Source: an uncultured Chloroflexia bacterium
Lineage (GTDB): Bacteria > Chloroflexota > Anaerolineae > Anaerolineales > UBA4823
Assembly (NCBI GenBank): GCA_963725685.1
Contig: CAVRYZ010000005.1
Span: forward strand, 1-64,000
Reading direction: 5' to 3'
DNA length: 64,000 nucleotides
Shown: in pieces, positions 29,621 to 38,001 of the stretch
Layout of the letters: the number at the start of each line of letters is the position of its first letter
Position numbering within the stretch: the first letter of the stretch is position 1
Notes under the pieces: model-generated
Told to the model about the DNA's origin: nothing
What the model saw: only the letters and a program-made list of their open reading frames with translations
The model's database searches: none
Position numbers and translations under genes: made by a program

Positions 29621-30107
29621 GGCGCATCTGAGTACGGTTGAGAAAATTGAGCTCGCGCAAACGAGCTGTGCTGCTCTTGAGTAATAGTGGCAGTTCGCCC
29701 TGCTGATGGTTATGCAAGGCAGTCTCCCATTTCTGCTCTCGGGTGGGTGAGTGACGGGCGCAGTACTCGACGCCCTCTCCTTGACATTGGCTGCAGATCA
29801 GTTCGTCACATCCTTCGCTTTTACAGACATCACCGATCTGAGCATCCGACTCGAGCAAACGATAGCACGAGCCACACTTGATCTGGGTACTATCTATAAC
29901 CCTGGGTTGATTATCCTCGATAAATGTACGCTCCCCGCTAAGCATGGCCTGCAGTGCTTGTCGAGGAATGAAATATAAGCCGCCAACCTTGTTGGCCGGA
30001 AGCTCACCACTCCAAATCCTTCGATAAACCCAGCGCCGTGACACACCCAAAAGTCGGGCAGCTTCATCTATCTTGAGATACTGAGAAGGATCATCTTTTG
30101 GGAGCAT
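29580..30107 (-). CDS. Excisionase-family (MerR-like) HTH DNA-binding protein with Cys-rich C-terminal region
   Basis: YLKIDEAARLLGVSRRWVYRRIWSGELPANKVGGLYFIPRQAL matches the excisionase/HTH_17 pattern, followed by CGSCYRLL...CKSEGCDELICSQCQGEGVEYCARH. Confidence 0.6.
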   Translation of the reverse strand: MLPKDDPSQYLKIDEAARLLGVSRRWVYRRIWSGELPANKVGGLYFIPRQALQAMLSGERTFIEDNQPRVIDSTQIKCGSCYRLLESDAQIGDVCKSEGCDELICSQCQGEGVEYCARHSPTREQKWETALHNHQQGELPLLLKSSTARLRELNFLNRTQMRLESIRSLDPSADW

Positions 30108-30607
30108 TGTAATTTCCTTTGATGAGAAAATCCATCATGATATTAATCATACCCAGTAATATTGTACATTATTGTACACGATATGTCAAGTAGGAATGGA
30201 CAAAAGTGGACAATCCTTCCGTCTTCGAATTTATCTATAATGATAAAGCTAAATTATTTATCGTTGATAGGAGATAATATCTAGATAGGGATCTTCATTA
30301 GAAATATCAAATATCCAATAATTCAATTGTAAACATCCTTATTTGTCAGTGGTTCAATTATTCATCAATTACAAACACAGATTAATCGTATACATTGTGA
30401 AGTAGATCAACTAGAAACTAAATTGTTGACTGGGCTTGAATAACCACATCCAATGTACTTGCTTGTTTTCTGTCCAGTGGCTTGGGCAATAATGGCAGGA
30501 CATTGGATGGGAGAAGTATTTTTTGGTAGCGTCCTATTAAACCATTAGTTGAGCGTTCGAGTCGCTCCAATCAAAACTAATTTCTGAAAACGGTCTTTAC
30601 TTTTTTT

Positions 30608-30812
30608 CCCCCTCAGGACAGGTTTACGGATCGTCTTTCCTTGCTTCATACTGCAGAGCACAATTCGGGAACAATTTGGGAACAGATATGCTATAACAGT
30701 ATGGTTATTTTGGAACATAATAGACGTAATAGACGGCATTTTCACCCTTTTCCCCTATCGTGCTCATCTATCGCACTGAAGAGATCGCGGGTTCGAATTC
30801 CGCCAGGTCCAC
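30608..30812 (+). repeat. Copy C of ~200-nt repeat with tRNA/tmRNA-like 3' terminus
   Basis: CCCCCTCAGGACAGG...TCTTTCCTTGCTTCATACTG...CGGGAACAATTTGGGAACAGATATGCTATAACAGTATGG...GATCGCGGGTTCGAATTCCGCCAGGTCCAC. Confidence 0.7.
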
Positions 30813-30840
30813 AAGTTTACAGAGGTGATTAAATCATATC

Positions 30841-30910
30841 CCTCTGCGGGACAGGGTTGCGAGTTGCCCTTCCTTGCTTCATTCTGAGGTGCAGTTCGGG
30901 TGCAATTATT
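30841..30910 (+). repeat. Partial copy D (5' module only) of the repeat, tandem to copy C, subfamily variant
   Basis: CCTCTGCGGGACAGGGTTGCGAGTTGCCCTTCCTTGCTTCATTCTGAGGTGCAGTTCGGGTGCAATT. Confidence 0.55.
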
Positions 30911-31127
30911 CTGTATCTTATTCTCGTTCACTATGCTGGTAGTATGTGCCGCGCCTACTCCTACGCCTTCAATTACTCCCATTCCACCTACGCCCACACC
31001 AACCCAATCAGCTCTTATTGTCAGACCCGGTTTGATCACCGGAAAAGTGGATGTCGGCGGACGGAGTCTTTACATCCTTTACATGGGCGAAGGGAGCCCT
31101 CCGGAGTGGATTTTCTGATGAAATGAC

Positions 31128-31172
31128 CTCACAGGTTAGGAGATCTGCGTCGTCTCCCAGACCTGTGAGGTC
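31128..31172. terminator. Nested GC-rich hairpin just downstream of the LRR gene; possible terminator, no T-tract
   Basis: CCTCACAGGT tag GGAGA tctgcgtcg TCTCC cag ACCTGTGAGG: 10-bp outer stem enclosing a 5-bp inner stem. Confidence 0.3.
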
Positions 31173-31191
31173 TGGAGTGATTAGCTCGAAC

Positions 31192-33570
31192 TTAGTTACG
31201 AATGACCGTCAGGAAGACCCGTAGGGGTGTGCCAAACACACCGAACTCTGTCAAGTGACAGAATGGCAAGGCAAGCAGGTTGCCAACCAGGTCTCGAGTG
31301 TACTCACCTCCTGGGCAGCTTGAGACGGCATCCGTCCAGGAGCTGGTCGTGCTTTCCCAGTAGTACAAACCCAGGGATGCTTCGGGGAAACCGGTGGTGT
31401 CCGTATCGGTATAGGTGAGGGTTACCGTCAGGGGTAGGTTAAATTCCGTCACCGGGTTGCCAGCAGAATCATCCGCAGTCAATTCGAAGGAGGTATTGGC
31501 AGAATCCAGCCAAGTCGAGCCGTGGTGAGATGCTGGATGCGGGATGAAAGTGAAATTTGTGTCGCCATTTAATGCTCCGGCAGGGATTAGGAAATCCGTC
31601 CGCCCATCCAGCGAGGTGAGCTCACCACCTGCAATGCCGATTACCTGCTCAAAGCCCTGGTACAGCTGCCAGTCTGGGTCCATATGGCTCAAGAAAACCT
31701 GCAGCGGGTCAGCAGGGTCCGGGTATCCCGCTGGAACATTTAACCTGTTATAACCCAAATTCAAACCATCAAAACAAGTAGGACTCGGATTATCCAGGTA
31801 AACAAGGTTTATAAATGTGGCCGGTACATCGCCATATAACTTATTATCTTGTAATTGGAGCACACATATTTTCGTCAGGTTGCCCAATTCAGAGGGTATG
31901 TTGCCGCTCAATTGATTACCATTTAGATATAAATGGATCATGTCGGGGGGATTGCCCAGCTCGGGCGGGATATTGCCAGTAAATTGATTGTTGGCCAGGT
32001 CCAGGTAATTCAGGCTGGAGATAATACCCAAACAACTTGGGATCATACCACTCAGCTGGTTCGCGCTCAGATGCAATTGCCAAACATCGGAGAGATTGCA
32101 CAACTCGGCAGGCAGACTACCCATTAAGAGATTAGAATTTAATGTGACAGTGGCTACATGCCCGTTGCTGACCATCACTCCATACCAATTGCCCGGTGTG
32201 CTGGTTTCCAGCCAATGAGTTCGGATTGCCCATTGGGGTCCATTGGTGCTATTGTATAACGATACCAGGGACTCGCATTCTGTCTGCGGGATCTCGGTGA
32301 CGGTCGAACAATCGACAAAAAGTTGGATCTGGCTTAGCTGCCAGTCAGGTTCTTTTTGACTAAGGAAAACTTGAAACGGATCAGTGGGGTCTGGGTAGCC
32401 AAGAGGGATGTTGAGCAGGTTATAATCCAGGTCCAGCCCATCATAATAGAAACCAGGATCCAACAGGTTAACCAGGTTGATCAATGTAGGTGGAACATCA
32501 CCTTCCAGCAGATTGTCTTGCAGCCATAACATATCCAATTTGGTTAGGTTGCCCAATTCATCGGGTATGCTGCCACTAAGCTCGTTTGAGTTAAGCATCA
32601 ACCTTCTCAGGCTGGTGAGGGTTCCCAGAACAGGAGGGATGTTGCCGGTTAATTGATTGCCCTCCATCGAAAGCCAGGTTAGATTGGTGAGACTGCCCAG
32701 CCACTCCGGAATACTGCCACCCAATGGATTCCCGGATAACCAAAGTTCATCCAGGTTGGTAAGGTTGGCCAGCTCTCCTGGGATGCCACCGCTCAATTGA
32801 TTGCCGGATAGATACAGTTTTTTTAAGTTGATCAGATTACCTAGCTCATGGGGGATATCACCACTAAGCTGGTTTACATTGAGATATAAATAATGTAGAT
32901 TGGCTAGATTGCCAAGCGCGTGGGGGATACTGCCACTTAATTGGTTGTTTGTTAAATTCAAACTCCCTAGGTTACCAAGGTTGCTCAATTCTGATGGAAT
33001 AATTCCACTCAAATGATTAAAACCTAGGTCTAGCCCTACCAGGTAAGTAAGATTACCCAGTTCTGGTGGTATAGTGCCATTCAATTGATTATTATCCAAG
33101 AGTAATTGCCGCAGGTTGGTCAGGTTTCTTATCTCGTGAGGTATGTTACCGCTTAGTTGGTTTTGGTAAAGAGACAGCGTCGTCAAGTTGGTAAGCTTGC
33201 CTAGTTCTGGGGGTAGATTGCCAGTCAGACGATTTGCACGTAAATCCAAATTATTCAGACTGGTAAGATTGCCCAGCTCGTGTGGAATACGTCCATTCAA
33301 CTGATTAGAGGTTAAATTTATCTCCCTTACATGTCCGTTGAATAATGCTACTCCATACCAATCGCTGGGTGTATTCGTTGTCAACCAATTGGTACTGTCC
33401 GTCCATCCATCACCATTGGTGCTGTTGTAGAGCACCACCAGGGCTTCACACTCGATCTGGGGTATCTCAGTGACATCGATACACAAGAACTCAGGGCTTG
33501 CAGCTGTAACTGGCAGCGAAGTGGTTATAGCAACCACGATGGCTAGTGCTAAATAAACTATACATTTCAT
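31192..33570 (-). CDS. Secreted leucine-rich-repeat protein with plant-type LRRs, two LRR blocks each preceded by a Cys-containing cap
   Basis: Signal peptide MKCIVYLALAIVVAITTSLPVTAASP (start chosen at 33570). Cap CIDVTEIPQIECEALVVLYNSTNGDGWTDSTNWLTTNTPSDWYGV is repeated as CSTVTEIPQTECESLVSLYNSTNGPQWAIRTHWLETSTPGNWYGV. About 20 repeats of LxxLxxLxLxxNqLSGxIPxELGNLTN. Confidence 0.85.
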   Translation of the reverse strand: MKCIVYLALAIVVAITTSLPVTAASPEFLCIDVTEIPQIECEALVVLYNSTNGDGWTDSTNWLTTNTPSDWYGVALFNGHVREINLTSNQLNGRIPHELGNLTSLNNLDLRANRLTGNLPPELGKLTNLTTLSLYQNQLSGNIPHEIRNLTNLRQLLLDNNQLNGTIPPELGNLTYLVGLDLGFNHLSGIIPSELSNLGNLGSLNLTNNQLSGSIPHALGNLANLHYLYLNVNQLSGDIPHELGNLINLKKLYLSGNQLSGGIPGELANLTNLDELWLSGNPLGGSIPEWLGSLTNLTWLSMEGNQLTGNIPPVLGTLTSLRRLMLNSNELSGSIPDELGNLTKLDMLWLQDNLLEGDVPPTLINLVNLLDPGFYYDGLDLDYNLLNIPLGYPDPTDPFQVFLSQKEPDWQLSQIQLFVDCSTVTEIPQTECESLVSLYNSTNGPQWAIRTHWLETSTPGNWYGVMVSNGHVATVTLNSNLLMGSLPAELCNLSDVWQLHLSANQLSGMIPSCLGIISSLNYLDLANNQFTGNIPPELGNPPDMIHLYLNGNQLSGNIPSELGNLTKICVLQLQDNKLYGDVPATFINLVYLDNPSPTCFDGLNLGYNRLNVPAGYPDPADPLQVFLSHMDPDWQLYQGFEQVIGIAGGELTSLDGRTDFLIPAGALNGDTNFTFIPHPASHHGSTWLDSANTSFELTADDSAGNPVTEFNLPLTVTLTYTDTDTTGFPEASLGLYYWESTTSSWTDAVSSCPGGEYTRDLVGNLLALPFCHLTEFGVFGTPLRVFLTVIRN

Positions 33571-33735
33571 AATGTCCCTACTTCGTGGTTGAAACTGAAA
33601 TAATGATACATCAACCCACATCCCAACATTATTTTTATATAACTATGGTTGAATTATTTTATATACACTATACATCGATATAACTTATATGTCAAGTTTT
33701 GCCTTCTCGAAAAGGGAGTTGTATTAACGTGATCC

Positions 33736-33822
33736 GCGCAGGTCGCCTTTCCTTGCTTCATACTGGTGCAGTTCGGTGCAGTTTGGGTGCAAATATCCTG
33801 ATACAGTATGGTAATCGTGGAC
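33736..33822 (+). repeat. Partial copy E (5' module) of the repeat, same subfamily as D
   Basis: CGCAGGTCGCCTTTCCTTGCTTCATACTGGTGCAGTTCGGTGCAGTTTGGGTGCAAATATCCTGATACAGTATGGTAATCGTGGAC. Confidence 0.55.
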
Positions 33823-34087
33823 TTAATGGACTAAACCATCGCCAATTTAGTCGCATTATTGGACGTATTAGCACCAAAAATAGGTGCTGGACATACTGGA
33901 CAGCCCTTGATACCTCCCTTCCGGGGAGGGTACTTTTAAGGACTTCAGGGACATCTCACAATTTTTGATGCATTTCCTCACAATTGCTGAGTGGCTAGCC
34001 GGCTATTACATCCTTTCTTGTGCATCAAGTGGAATTCCCCTATTAGTAGAATGCAACATCTGCTCAAGTAAGTGGTTTTTAAAAACA

Positions 34088-34330
34088 ATGTCTAACAAGA
34101 TCCCTAACAAATTTCAGGTTTGGATTGATGCGAAAAAGAAATATCACTTGACTGATGCCCAAATACAGATGGTCCGCGAGCTAGGCTTAAATCCCAAGAA
34201 ATTCGGCGGTCTGGCGAATACACGACAGGAGCAATGGAAACTACCACTGCCAGAATTTATCGAAGAGCTATACTTTAAGCGCTTTGGCAAACGCCAGCCT
34301 GATGTCGTCAAGAAACTTGACAGCAATTAG
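34088..34330 (+). CDS. Small hypothetical protein (~80 aa)
   Basis: Start at MSNKIPNKFQVWIDAKKKYHLTDAQIQMVRELGLNPKKFGG; the only plus-strand ORF in the island. Weak support. Confidence 0.3.
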   Translation: MSNKIPNKFQVWIDAKKKYHLTDAQIQMVRELGLNPKKFGGLANTRQEQWKLPLPEFIEELYFKRFGKRQPDVVKKLDSN

Positions 34331-34374
34331 GTATAGAGGATTTTAACCAACTCCGCCTATTTGATCTGCGATAC

Positions 34375-35277
34375 TTAGGACCGGTCCAACTCGCTTATTG
34401 CATCTTCCAGATCTTGCTGCCCAGGGGTTGTATAAATGCGGGTTGTGTTCAGATTGCTATGCCCAAGTAAGGTTGCCACCTTGTCCAGGCTCACACCACT
34501 GTCAATCAAGGATTTGGCAAAAGTATGCCGTAAAGTGTGAGGGGTTACATCCCTCAGCCCAATTGGATCGGTGAATCGAGTCACCGACCTTTGCACCGTC
34601 TTGCTTTTTATCCCTTCATTCCGCTGACCAAGAAACAAGTAGTTGCTTTCAATCTCTGGCTTGACTTGCAGATAATCGAGCATCGCCTTCCGGGCTTTGA
34701 CATTCAAAGGGATCTCTCGCCTCTTGGTACCCTTCCCCTCGCGAACGATTACACTTCCTTTACGTTCATCCAGAATAATGTCACTCAGACGCAACTGTAT
34801 AATCTCTCCTACTCGCAGACCAGCATATAGAATGAGCTTAACAATCGCAGCATCGCGGAGATACATCAATCGCAGGCGCGGGTAGCGACGCAAAGCATCT
34901 TCAACTTCCTTATCCACTGCCCGCAGTAGAGCTGCACGCTGCTTCTTATCCAGCCATTTCGGAGCCAGTGCCACCTCTTTCACAGCCTTAACTCCCTGCA
35001 CCGGGTTACGACCATTCTTGACGTACCCGGCCTGCTCCAACCAATGAGCATAGGCTGCTAGGGAAGCAAGCCGTCGGTTGATCGTCTTGGGCTTATTAGC
35101 CTGATCAAGCAGATATTGCTTGTATCCTCTCACGGCATCATTCGTCAAAGCTCCAGGAGTCAGTGACTCTTTATATTGCTTTTCAAACCAATGCCCGAAC
35201 AGGCGCACATCCCCCATATACCCCGCGATTGTCACCGGCGAGCGATCCTCTGCTAACAGGTAAGCCTTGAAACTCAT
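34375..35277 (-). CDS. Tyrosine site-specific recombinase (XerC/XerD-like integrase)
   Basis: 300 aa; N-terminal SAM-like core-binding domain; catalytic region HTLRHTFAKSLIDSGVSLDKVATLLGHSNLNTTRIYT (R...HxxR...Y pattern). Confidence 0.9.
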   Translation of the reverse strand: MSFKAYLLAEDRSPVTIAGYMGDVRLFGHWFEKQYKESLTPGALTNDAVRGYKQYLLDQANKPKTINRRLASLAAYAHWLEQAGYVKNGRNPVQGVKAVKEVALAPKWLDKKQRAALLRAVDKEVEDALRRYPRLRLMYLRDAAIVKLILYAGLRVGEIIQLRLSDIILDERKGSVIVREGKGTKRREIPLNVKARKAMLDYLQVKPEIESNYLFLGQRNEGIKSKTVQRSVTRFTDPIGLRDVTPHTLRHTFAKSLIDSGVSLDKVATLLGHSNLNTTRIYTTPGQQDLEDAISELDRS

Positions 35278-35407
35278 TGAGATGTAATTCGTCTGTCATT
35301 TTCGTATCCATCCTTTTTGTTCGTGTTTGCCCTTTTCAGGGTGATTCTTTATCCTCATGACCTGAGATAGCCATTTGCTTCTTTGCGAAGCTCCTGGGCC
35401 TTCCTGG

Positions 35408-35503
35408 TGGCGTAAAGGACGTCCTATCCTCGATAATGAAGAATTTAGTAGGACGCCCTAATAGGACGTCCTTATAGGACGCCTCATCTTTTGGCATAGG
35501 ACG
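35408..35503. promoter_or_regulatory. Array of five palindromic 10-12-bp sites TAGGACG(T/C)CCTA between the par genes and the recombinase gene: candidate centromere or operator
   Basis: AAGGACGTCCTAT (35408), GTAGGACGCCCTAA (35442), TAGGACGTCCTTA (35456), TAGGACGCCTCA (35469), ATAGGACGCCCTAT (35490). TAGGAC|GTCCTA is a perfect palindrome. Confidence 0.5.
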
Positions 35504-35505
35504 CC

Positions 35506-35928
35506 CTATCTGGTGCTTTTTTCACCATTTCTGAGAACCTCCTCAGCATGGCGCTGGAGGTCAATATTCCACTCAAATTTCCTGCAGCCCGAGGAAGTCT
35601 TGTAGCCCCACAGGCTGATCATGCGTGTCTCAAGCTGGTGCACCGGGCCGTAGAGTAGGAAGGCAACCAGCTGGCTTACCGGCACACCTTCTTTCTTGGC
35701 CAGGATTTCCAGGCGCTTCTTAAGGTCGACCGGCAGGTCCAGGTTGACCCGGTTCGCCAGGCGTTTCTGTGCGCGCTCCCGTTCTTTCCTACGCTGAGAG
35801 CGCAGGTTTTTCGGCAGGTGAGATTCGACGTTGCGGCGCTGTCCCTGGTTCAAAAGGGACTCGACGGCTGGATCGACAGCCGAAAGGTCATCAAAACCGG
35901 TGAAGCCTTGTTTGTTAGTGTTTTTCAT
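35506..35928 (-). CDS. Small DNA-binding partner of ParA (ribbon-helix-helix/ParG-like, inferred)
   Basis: 140 aa; basic region plus C-terminal DLPVDLKKRLEILAKKEGVPVSQLVAFLL resembling an RHH/CopG fold; start overlaps parA stop. Confidence 0.5.
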   Translation of the reverse strand: MKNTNKQGFTGFDDLSAVDPAVESLLNQGQRRNVESHLPKNLRSQRRKERERAQKRLANRVNLDLPVDLKKRLEILAKKEGVPVSQLVAFLLYGPVHQLETRMISLWGYKTSSGCRKFEWNIDLQRHAEEVLRNGEKSTR

Positions 35929-36722
35929 ATCAACTCCTGGATTCGTTCCAAAACCTGAATGTATCCTCCAATTCTTTTATTGCCCTGGTCATAACCGGTC
36001 AGGGCTTTGGTGCTCGGTTCGTATTCCCAGAGGGTCTTCCCGAAACGACTGGCAACCCGGCATTGGGTATCCTGAGGAATAGGCGGCAGCACCAGTCGCC
36101 CAAAGGTCTGCGCCAGGTGGACGAGCTGCTCGTGACTCTCCAGGGTGACCCGCTCGTAGAAAGTCGGGAGGATGCCTGCCACCTGGCAGTGGCTGATGCG
36201 TTTCAACGATGCCAGGGTTTGCAGAGCATCCCGCACACCGTTGACCGCCAGCTTGTCCAGGCGAGTGGGGATTAGTAGATAATCAGCGGCAACTATAGCA
36301 GCAAAGTGCAGTAGATCCACTGATGGGGCACAGTCGAGGGCAATCACATCATGGCCTGAGCCCTGCAATACATCCGCCAGTACATATTCCCGCAAAGTCA
36401 TGCCTGCCAGGGATTGCTTCAAGGCGGTTGTGCTCTTGTCGGATCGGATGATCGCCAGGCGATCCAACCCGCTCGGGCTGATTGCCTGATCCAGCGGAAT
36501 GCGTAAATCGGGTGAGAGCAGGCGACGCAGATCGTCGCCGTGAGGCAATCCCAGGCTGTCGGCGACATTGCCCTGGGTGTCCAGATCGACCAGAAGCACG
36601 TGGTATCCCATCCTGGCCAGGCCGGAGGCAAGCGTGACCGCTGTGGTCGTTTTACCCACCCCGCCCTTCTGATTCAGGATTGCGAAGATAGTTGGCATAA
36701 AATAAAACCTCCTTGACTTCAA
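35925..36722 (-). CDS. parA: ParA/Soj-family partition ATPase
   Basis: Deviant Walker A ILNQKGGVGKTTTAVTLA; LVDLDTQGN; ParA-type Walker B region. Confidence 0.9.
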   Translation of the reverse strand: MKSRRFYFMPTIFAILNQKGGVGKTTTAVTLASGLARMGYHVLLVDLDTQGNVADSLGLPHGDDLRRLLSPDLRIPLDQAISPSGLDRLAIIRSDKSTTALKQSLAGMTLREYVLADVLQGSGHDVIALDCAPSVDLLHFAAIVAADYLLIPTRLDKLAVNGVRDALQTLASLKRISHCQVAGILPTFYERVTLESHEQLVHLAQTFGRLVLPPIPQDTQCRVASRFGKTLWEYEPSTKALTGYDQGNKRIGGYIQVLERIQELI

Positions 36723-38001
36723 ATTGACCTAATGGTCTAGCTCCACCAATCATGAGGAAGATCTACGAAATCATGAGCGTCTCCATCCTCATGGCCTTGC
36801 GATAGTAGCTGGTTCAACAGCCACTGCTGCTCAGTGAACATTGCTAGGCTGAGATCGGATTCCTCGGCTTTTCTCGAGTGCACATCAGGATCATCATATC
36901 CACGTGCTGGAAATAAACTTTCGGTATGCACGTCCAATCCGGATCAGCCGTCGGACGAATGTGATACAAAGCCATGCCGAATAGCAGAACGAAAACTAAC
37001 GTGACCAGCAGCAGAATAAGAACCAGGCTATGGTCGAGGTTATTCATGCTTCTGGGCAACCTGCGCAGCTTTGAAAACCCTCAAATCCTGTGGGATATCC
37101 ACCACATTGCCTCTTGACCCATAGGCAACCATTACAGGTAGAAACAGGATGAAGAAACCGATCTTTTTCATATCACACCTCCGTGATTTTGAATGATTAC
37201 TACTGACAGTGTTAGGAAGAGCTATGCCAAGCTGATACGCTAACTTTCTCAAGCGATCTCATGGCGCCTTCCATACTTACAAAACATTTTCAATGATTTA
37301 TCTTGCTTTCCCCCTCCGGACAGAGCTGCGGATCACCTTCCCTCGTTGATTGGATAAATCGTCTTCTTCGAACCCATCCCCAAAATGGTGTAATTATGGT
37401 GTAATTGGTGAATATTTTGGTGGATTCAGAAGACCTGTTGGATAAAACTACCCCCATATATGGGATGTACTGGATAGTCAATACCCATATGTACGGCTTG
37501 GACTTCGGCGGGTTCGGCTCTTAATCGTTAGGTTAGGCGTTCGATCCGCCTCGGGGTCACCAAAGAAACGTTCTAACGTTTATTCGTTGGAACGTTTGAA
37601 CGTTTAAAATGATCCCACGCTTCTAGATAGTATCTTCTAGAATCTATTTTTGGGATATTCCACAGCCCTTCAAGGATATCGCGGAGCAGGTGCTTTGGCT
37701 GGAAGACGGGCAGTTCGAGCAGATGGCTGTACCTCATCGATAATATCCGTAATTGATCAAGATCCGGAACTTCTCCGAGTGTATCTGATGCGGTATACTG
37801 AAGGCTGTGCTTATTGCCTGCTGTAAGGTACCGCGAAAAGTAGATAAACTGAAGTGATGAAAATAGTTGATCATTACCTTAAGGTTGTGACCTGTTTTTC
37901 AGGTTCTTTTTGTGAATATCTTCAACGTTCAGCGGTACTGCAAACAGTATTTACCAGATTCAGCCAACAAATTATGAATTATTGAAAAATCAGGAGATAC
38001 G

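Noticed and set aside
2673-35277. Integron-like cassette array interpretation (tyrosine recombinase + repeat-delimited modules)
   Set aside because: The recombinase is co-oriented with the cassettes rather than divergent. Modules are tens of kb with their own promoters. Repeat copies are ~200 nt with 10-15 percent divergence rather than attC-like. The interpretation is kept only as a remote possibility inside the repeat finding.
36844-37252. Two small overlapping minus-strand ORFs with hydrophobic segments (36844-37059, 37040-37252)
   Set aside because: They are short, overlapping and carry no motifs. MKKIGFFILFLPVMVAYG could be a signal peptide, but the evidence is insufficient to call genes.
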